Source: Hydrogenothermaceae bacterium
Lineage (GTDB): Bacteria; Aquificota; Aquificia; Aquificales; Hydrogenothermaceae
Length of the DNA: 36,199 bases
Assembly: GCA_037478615.1 (NCBI GenBank)
Contig: JBBFMH010000001.1
Coordinates: forward strand, 1-36,199
Direction: 5' to 3'
This document shows positions 9,406 to 16,405 of the stretch, one piece after another. The notes below the pieces were generated by a model. That model had not been told where the DNA came from. It saw only the letters and a program-made list of their open reading frames with translations, and ran no database searches. Position numbers and translations under genes: made by a program. Position 1 is the first letter of the stretch; every line of letters starts with the position of its first letter.

Positions 9406-9828
9406 CTATAGACTCTTTATGAGATTTTCTACTTTTTCTCTTATCTGGTCTCTGATGTTTCTGAACGCATTTATCTTCGCATCTTCGGTTGGACCTACAA
9501 CTTTTGCGGGATCCGGAAGTCCCCAATGTTGAGTATTTGCTCCAGGTACTACGGGACAGGTTTCAGCAGCATCTCCACACAAGGTTATAACATAATCAAG
9601 TTCATTAAGAGGTATCTCATTTAAACTTTTTGAGTATTGATCTGATATATCTATACCTACTTCCTTCATAACTTCAATGGCCTTTGGATGGACATATCCG
9701 GAAGGATTAGACCCAGCAGAGTAAATCTCAACATCTTTACCATAGAGTTTTGCAAAATACTTTCCAAATCCCTCAGCCATCTGACTTCTTGCAGAGTTTC
9801 CGGTGCAAATAAATCCAATCTTAACCAT
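9406..9828 (-). CDS. arsC: arsenate reductase, LMW-PTPase/thioredoxin-coupled type
   Basis: P-loop CTGNSARSQMAEG (CX5R) plus the downstream Cys pair LCGDAAETCP. Confidence 0.9.
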   Translation of the reverse strand: MVKIGFICTGNSARSQMAEGFGKYFAKLYGKDVEIYSAGSNPSGYVHPKAIEVMKEVGIDISDQYSKSLNEIPLNELDYVITLCGDAAETCPVVPGANTQHWGLPDPAKVVGPTEDAKINAFRNIRDQIREKVENLIKSL

Positions 9829-9838
9829 GGTACCTCCT

Positions 9839-10792
9839 CTATAGAATTATGTTAAATATATAACCTGCAACTATTATTGATATACCTACAATTAAAGCGA
9901 ATATAACTATAAGTTTTATCTTCATTATCTGTTTTAAAATCAAAAATTCTGGAAAAGATAGAGCCGTTATTGACATCATAAAAGCAAGTGCCGTACCTAT
10001 CGGAACACCTTTTTCTATTAAAGGTTGGATAATTGGCAAAGTCCCAGCAGCATTTGAGTATAAAGGTATCCCTAATATAGTGACTATTGGGACTCCAAGT
10101 ATTCCAGCAGCTTTTGATATATTTTCTATAAGATCAGCCGGAACATAACCATGTATAAAGCCACCAATACCAATAGCTACAACTATGTATATCCAAATTT
10201 TCTTTAATATATCTTTAACATTATTTAAAGCAAAATTAACTCTATCCCTAAAAGTTTGCTCCCTTTCCTGTGTCTCACCCATTTTAATCTCAAAAATGTA
10301 ATCTGCTATAAGATCTCTTGGATTTATCTTTTCAATAACTAAGCCTGCGATGATTGCAACAGCTACACCAAAAACTATATAAACCAAAGTTACTTTCAGT
10401 CCAAATGTAGAAAATAGAAGTCCTATAGCTATCTCATTTACCATCGGAGAAGCGACCAAGAATGCAAAAGCGGCTCCCAGTGGTATCCCTGCCTCTATGA
10501 AACCTATAAACATAGGGATAGCAGAACAAGAGCAGAAAGGTGTTAAAACACCTAAGAATGCTGCCAAAGGAAGAGATATAGCCTTATGTTTTGAAAGTAT
10601 ATTCCTTGTTTTCTCAATAGGAAAATAACTTCTTAAAAAAGAGATAGAGAATATAACTAAGGTTAAAAGAGTAAATATCTTTAAAGTATCGTAGAAGAAA
10701 AAGTGCAGTGTCTCTGTTAATTTAGTTCCGGCTTCTAATTTCAAAACCTCAAAAACTATAAAATCTGCCAATCTATCGTATATTTCAAACAT
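9839..10792 (-). CDS. DUF318/ArsP_1-family permease
   Basis: 317 aa with about 8-10 TM helices. It carries the conserved TPFCSCSAIPMF motif typical of this permease family, which includes the methylarsenite exporter ArsP. It sits inside the ars operon. Confidence 0.75.
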   Translation of the reverse strand: MFEIYDRLADFIVFEVLKLEAGTKLTETLHFFFYDTLKIFTLLTLVIFSISFLRSYFPIEKTRNILSKHKAISLPLAAFLGVLTPFCSCSAIPMFIGFIEAGIPLGAAFAFLVASPMVNEIAIGLLFSTFGLKVTLVYIVFGVAVAIIAGLVIEKINPRDLIADYIFEIKMGETQEREQTFRDRVNFALNNVKDILKKIWIYIVVAIGIGGFIHGYVPADLIENISKAAGILGVPIVTILGIPLYSNAAGTLPIIQPLIEKGVPIGTALAFMMSITALSFPEFLILKQIMKIKLIVIFALIVGISIIVAGYIFNIIL

Positions 10793-10800
10793 AACTCTAC

Positions 10801-11043
10801 TTACTCACTTATAAGTTTTTCTATCTGTTGGGGAGCAGGTATAGGAGCACCTGCATGCTTTAACTTACCATCTACAACAAGTAAAGGAGTCGTCATAACA
10901 CCGTATTTTACAACCTCTTTAATATCAACAACCTTTTCCACCTGTGCATCAATGTCCTTTTTCTTAACGATAGTACTAACAACTTCGTATAGAAGCTCAC
11001 AGTTTTTACAGTTTGATGAACTAACTATCTGTATCTTTTTCAT
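10801..11043 (-). CDS. small thioredoxin-fold protein (redox-active disulfide protein 2 type)
   Basis: 80 aa with a CKNC redox motif and KYGVMTTPLLVVDGK. This type is the usual partner of DUF318 permeases. Overlaps arsR by 4 nt. Confidence 0.8.
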   Translation of the reverse strand: MKKIQIVSSSNCKNCELLYEVVSTIVKKKDIDAQVEKVVDIKEVVKYGVMTTPLLVVDGKLKHAGAPIPAPQQIEKLISE

Positions 11044-11339
11044 ATCTTTACCTCACAATTTTTTTCTAAATTTATAGAAGGCATATTTCTGATAATGCTC
11101 TCTATACACTCCGGAAGATAGTTAAGTTTATAGTAAACCCACTTTCCTCTCTTTTCTCCTCTGACAATTCCAGCATCTCTTAAAATCCTCATATGAAACG
11201 AGATTTTAGGCTGAGATGTGTTAAAGACTCTCTGTAAATTACAAACACACACCTCTCCGTTATCCAGCAAAATTTTAACTATCTTTAACCTTGTTTTATC
11301 AGATAGTGCATAAAATAATTTCTGTAGATAGTTTTCCAT
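11040..11339 (-). CDS. arsR: ArsR/SmtB-family metalloregulator
   Basis: LSDKTRLKIVKILL is followed by the CVC metalloid-binding motif (EVCVCNL) and the recognition helix HMRILRDAGIV. Confidence 0.87.
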   Translation of the reverse strand: MENYLQKLFYALSDKTRLKIVKILLDNGEVCVCNLQRVFNTSQPKISFHMRILRDAGIVRGEKRGKWVYYKLNYLPECIESIIRNMPSINLEKNCEVKI

Positions 11340-11348
11340 CTTATATCC

Positions 11349-11645
11349 TTACTTTAGATTTTGACAAGATTTTGACATTGCAGATTCTATCTCCTCTTTT
11401 GAGACATCTCCCTTTATCTGTATAGCTGGTTTTCCATCTGTAAACCTTAGTTCTATAAATGTAATTTTCTTTTTTGTTTCTTCGGTCATACAGTCACATC
11501 TTCCAGTTTGACAGCTTGTAATCATCTCTTCAAGCTTTTCTTTTGAAACTTCCGAATCATTAACTTCTATTAAAACTCCTTCACCTGTTTTCTTTACTTG
11601 TGCAACATCTTTGATATACTTTCCATTTATTTCACAACAGTCCAT
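11349..11645 (-). CDS. cysteine-rich hypothetical protein, first gene of the ars operon
   Basis: 98-99 aa. The ORF track starts at GTG 11648; ATG 11645 follows AAGGAGA. There are six Cys: a vicinal CC at the N-terminus, SCQTGRCDC, and a C-terminal SCQ. It lies 9 nt upstream of arsR on the same strand. I recognise no family. Confidence 0.55.
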   Translation of the reverse strand: MDCCEINGKYIKDVAQVKKTGEGVLIEVNDSEVSKEKLEEMITSCQTGRCDCMTEETKKKITFIELRFTDGKPAIQIKGDVSKEEIESAMSKSCQNLK

Positions 11646-11656
11646 CACTTTCTCCT

Positions 11657-11678
11657 TATATAAAAAATTTTTTATATA
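11657..11678. promoter_or_regulatory. perfect 22-bp palindrome TATATAAAAAATTTTTTATATA, candidate operator or promoter element of the ars operon
   Basis: I read it directly and checked base by base that it is self-complementary. It abuts the RBS of the first ars gene, in the divergent intergenic region 11649-11745. Confidence 0.4.
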
Positions 11679-11745
11679 TTGTAAATATCCATAGAGATCT
11701 TTTTATGATAAAAGTCAGGTCTGTATAAAATGTTATAATTTTTTT

Positions 11746-12387
11746 ATGTTGATGATTTTTGATATTTATAGATTACTGTTAGATTATTTCGGTTTTCAGA
11801 ATTGGTGGCCAGTTCATCAAGAACAGGATAAGGTAGTAGAGATAACTGTAGGTGCGGTCCTTACTCAGAACACATCTTGGAAAAATGTAGAGAGAGCTGT
11901 TGAAAATTTGATATATAAGGATGCTTTATCTTTTGAGAAAATTTTAAAAATACCTATAGAAGAGCTCCAATATCTGATAAAACCTGCCGGATTTTATAAA
12001 AGAAAATCTCTAACTTTAAAGGAAATTTCTAAACTGTTTTTAAACAGCAAAGAGATTACCCGTCAAAACTTACTTACCATCAAAGGTGTAGGTAAGGAAA
12101 CTGCTGACTCTATCCTACTGTATGCTCTCGATAAGCCTTACTTTGTTATAGATAGCTATACGAAGAGAGTCTTTTCAAGAGTTGGTCTTTGTGATGAAGA
12201 TATAAGTTATGATGAACTCCAAAAAGTGATAACGGATAGTATTCCAAAGGATTTAGAAATTTACAAAGAGTTTCATGCTTTGATAGTACAACATTGCAAA
12301 ATATTTTGTAAAAAGAAACCTGACTGTTTAAACTGTCCATTAGCAGATAACTGTAAAACTTTTAAAACTTCACTCTTTACTTTCTGA
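11746..12387 (+). CDS. endonuclease III-related HhH-GPD base-excision repair protein
   Basis: Helix-hairpin-helix LLTIKGVGKETADSILLYAL followed by D. C-terminal [4Fe-4S] loop CKIFCKKKPDCLNCPLADNC. Confidence 0.8.
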   Translation: MLMIFDIYRLLLDYFGFQNWWPVHQEQDKVVEITVGAVLTQNTSWKNVERAVENLIYKDALSFEKILKIPIEELQYLIKPAGFYKRKSLTLKEISKLFLNSKEITRQNLLTIKGVGKETADSILLYALDKPYFVIDSYTKRVFSRVGLCDEDISYDELQKVITDSIPKDLEIYKEFHALIVQHCKIFCKKKPDCLNCPLADNCKTFKTSLFTF

Positions 12388-13146
12388 ATTAACTATCTCA
12401 AATAAAACTTTGTATATATCTGGTCCACCGGCTATTATATTACCATCAGATAGGTCTTTTTCACCTTCAAAGTTTGAATATATACCTCCAGCTTCTTCTA
12501 TCAGTAAAGCTCCTGCTGCTATGTCCCATATAGATAACTTCATCTCAAAAAAACCGTCAAAAACACCCTCTGCCACTAAAGCAAGGTCTATAGCAGCTGC
12601 TCCAGGTCTTCTCACTCCTGAGAAAGTTATCATAGCCTTTTTTAACATTGATATATAACTATCAAGCTCTTTGATGTTTCTAAATGGAAATCCTGTCGCT
12701 ACTACTGCATTTTGAATTGGTCTATTTGAAACTTTTATCCTCTGGCCGTTAAGGTATGCTCCCGACCCTTTTTCCGCATAGTATAGTTTATCTAACATAG
12801 GAATGTATATAGCAGATGCTAAAAACTCATCTTCCCTTTTTAATGCAACCGAAACCGCAAAAATCTCAAAACCTGAGATGTAGTTTTTAGTCCCATCTAA
12901 GGGGTCAACTATCCAGACAAACTCACTTTTTCCAAAGGTTCCTTCCTCTTCACCTAAAAAGGAGTGATCAGGATAAATAGATAGTATGTAATTTCTAATC
13001 CTCTCTTCTGACAATCTATCAACATAAGTAACAAAATCTTTTACTCCTTTTGATTCAACATCAGACTGTTTAATCTTCTTAAAATTTTCTTTCAGTATGC
13101 TGCCGCCTATAACGGCGGCTTCTTTTGCAACCTGTAAAAAACTCAC
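12370..13146 (-). CDS. suhB: inositol monophosphatase-family phosphatase (IMPase/FBPase type)
   Basis: Motifs FLGEEEG, WIVDPLDGTKNY and WDIAAGALL. Confidence 0.85.
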   Translation of the reverse strand: MSFLQVAKEAAVIGGSILKENFKKIKQSDVESKGVKDFVTYVDRLSEERIRNYILSIYPDHSFLGEEEGTFGKSEFVWIVDPLDGTKNYISGFEIFAVSVALKREDEFLASAIYIPMLDKLYYAEKGSGAYLNGQRIKVSNRPIQNAVVATGFPFRNIKELDSYISMLKKAMITFSGVRRPGAAAIDLALVAEGVFDGFFEMKLSIWDIAAGALLIEEAGGIYSNFEGEKDLSDGNIIAGGPDIYKVLFEIVNSESKE

Positions 13147-13147
13147 T

Positions 13148-14347
13148 TTATACCTCTTTCTTTGTTATGGCTTCAAGACAAGGAAGCTGCTTTCCTTCAA
13201 GTAATTCTAAGAAGGCACCTCCTCCTGTAGATAGATAGCTTATCTTATCTACTACGCCGGCTTTATGGATTGCATAATCCGTATCACCACCTCCGGCTAT
13301 TGACAGTGCAGGACTTTCCGCAATAGCATGGGCAAGCTCAAAGGTTCCCATCTTGAATTTATCTATCTCAAATACACCCATAGGTCCATTCCAAACTATA
13401 GTTTGGGCGTCTTTTATTATCTCTTTTATAAGAATCACAGAAGCGTGTCCTATATCAAGTCCTAACCAACCATTTGGTATCTCCTGGTAAGCAACCTCTA
13501 TAACTGGAGTTTGTTCAGATACAGCTTGTCCACATATAAAATCAACAGGTAAGTAAAACTTAACATCTCTCTTCTTAGCTTTCTCAATTATTTCCAGTGC
13601 TTTTTCAAGCATATCATCTTCAACCAAGGAAGACCCAACCTTATAACCCAGAGCTTTCAAAAATGTGAAAGCCATTGCTCCACCGATAAATATCTTATCT
13701 ACCTTATCAAGTAAAAACTCTATCACTCCAAGTTTAGAAGAAACCTTTGAACCTCCCAAAAATGCTACAACCGGTCTTTGGGGATTTAAAAGAGCTTTTC
13801 TAAAGTAATCAAGCTCCCTTTCAAGTAAAAATCCCATAACTACCGGTTGAATATAATCTTTCACTCCATACATAGACGCATGTTTTCTATGGCAAGTGCC
13901 AAATGCATCAACTACATATATATCTGCCAGTTTTGCCAAAGATTTTGCAAACTCAGGGTCATTGTTCTCTTCTTCCTTATGGAATCTCAGATTTTCAAGT
14001 AAGAAAATATCTCCGGAATTTGAATTATTTACCGCCTCTTCCACAGAACTTCCTACACAGTCTGGCAAAAATTTAACTTCCTTTCCTAAAAGTCTCTCCA
14101 ATCTCTTTGCAACCGGATAGAGTGAGTATTTAGGGTCTGGTTTTCCTTTTGGTCTTCCAAGATGGGAAGCAAGTATTATCGTAGCACCGTTATCAAGAAG
14201 ATAGTTTATAGTTGGTATGGTTTCTCTTATTCTTATATCATCCTCTATATTGCCGTGTTCATCAAGGGGGACATTGTAGTCTACTCTTACAAAAACCTTT
14301 TTTCCTTTAAGATCTACGTCTTTAAGAGTGAGATAGCCATCAAACAT
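13148..14347 (-). CDS. pgk: phosphoglycerate kinase
   Basis: VRVDYNVPL, ASHLGRPKG, WNGPMGVFE and STGGGA. 399 aa. Confidence 0.95.
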   Translation of the reverse strand: MFDGYLTLKDVDLKGKKVFVRVDYNVPLDEHGNIEDDIRIRETIPTINYLLDNGATIILASHLGRPKGKPDPKYSLYPVAKRLERLLGKEVKFLPDCVGSSVEEAVNNSNSGDIFLLENLRFHKEEENNDPEFAKSLAKLADIYVVDAFGTCHRKHASMYGVKDYIQPVVMGFLLERELDYFRKALLNPQRPVVAFLGGSKVSSKLGVIEFLLDKVDKIFIGGAMAFTFLKALGYKVGSSLVEDDMLEKALEIIEKAKKRDVKFYLPVDFICGQAVSEQTPVIEVAYQEIPNGWLGLDIGHASVILIKEIIKDAQTIVWNGPMGVFEIDKFKMGTFELAHAIAESPALSIAGGGDTDYAIHKAGVVDKISYLSTGGGAFLELLEGKQLPCLEAITKKEV

Positions 14348-14366
14348 AGATAATCCCTCCTGTTTG

Positions 14367-14714
14367 TTAGAAGTCTTCTTCGTTTTCTCCCTCTATGGAG
14401 TCAAAGAGATTTAGACCTTCTATCTCTGTACCTTTTACTTTTAAAGCTGTTTCCCTTAAAAGTTCAAGATAAACGGATATCTCTTTATAGGCATCGAGCA
14501 TGGCTGAAAGTTTTATTATCTGATCTGCTGGAAGTTTTCCTTCGTATGTTTTTAATGCTTTCTTTATAGCCGCTTTTGTTATCACTATCTCTCCGGCTTT
14601 TCTTTGCCACTCACTCCAAAACTCATTTGTTGCAAGTGGGCTTTTTACTATAAAACGTTCAAGATTTGTTATCTCCTGAGCTAAAAGGAGCTGAAAATCG
14701 TTTAAATTTTCCAT
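14367..14714 (-). CDS. hypothetical helical protein (115 aa) with an acidic C-terminus
   Basis: A clean ORF between guaB and pgk on the same strand, with 18-19 nt gaps on each side. I recognise no family. Confidence 0.5.
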   Translation of the reverse strand: MENLNDFQLLLAQEITNLERFIVKSPLATNEFWSEWQRKAGEIVITKAAIKKALKTYEGKLPADQIIKLSAMLDAYKEISVYLELLRETALKVKGTEIEGLNLFDSIEGENEEDF

Positions 14715-14732
14715 ATTTTTACCTCATAATAT

Positions 14733-16202
<1,470 letters not shown>

Positions 16203-16270
16203 TTATTCCTCCTGTCAAAATTAAGTAAATATTTTACCATAAAACCGGATTTTCTATTTTTAGTGTATCA

Positions 16271-16348
16271 GTTCAGTAGATTATGAACACATACCTCCTG
16301 TTTTTTGTTTATTAAATTTTAAGGTATGTGTTCATATACTTTCTGAAC
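16271..16348. repeat. 78-bp composite inverted repeat (14-bp perfect core plus 6-bp outer arms)
   Basis: ATGAACACATACCT (16283-16296) pairs with AGGTATGTGTTCAT (16322-16335). Outer arms GTTCAG (16271-16276) and CTGAAC (16343-16348) flank them. The loop is 25 nt and AT-rich. It lies between the valS terminator and the guaB promoter region. Confidence 0.6.
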
Positions 16349-16370
16349 TTATATAGCTCCATCTTAGACA

Positions 16371-16403
16371 AAAGCATAAAAGAAAGGGTGGGATGTCCTA
16401 CCC
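16371..16403 (-). terminator. rho-independent terminator of valS
   Basis: The minus strand reads GGGTAGG-ACAT-CCCACCC (6 of 7 bp paired, mostly G-C), starting 3 nt after the valS TAA. TTTCTTTTATGCTTT follows it. Confidence 0.55.
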
Positions 16404-16405
16404 TA

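Noticed and set aside
9149-9532. 127-aa plus-strand ORF spanning the arsB/arsC junction.
   Set aside because: It is antisense to two strongly supported ars genes and crosses their boundary. Its composition looks like an antisense artefact.
11349-11648. Calling the Cys-rich first ars gene arsD.
   Set aside because: Apart from a vicinal Cys pair, it does not match the ArsD sequence I know in length, Cys spacing or thioredoxin-like core. I kept it as hypothetical.
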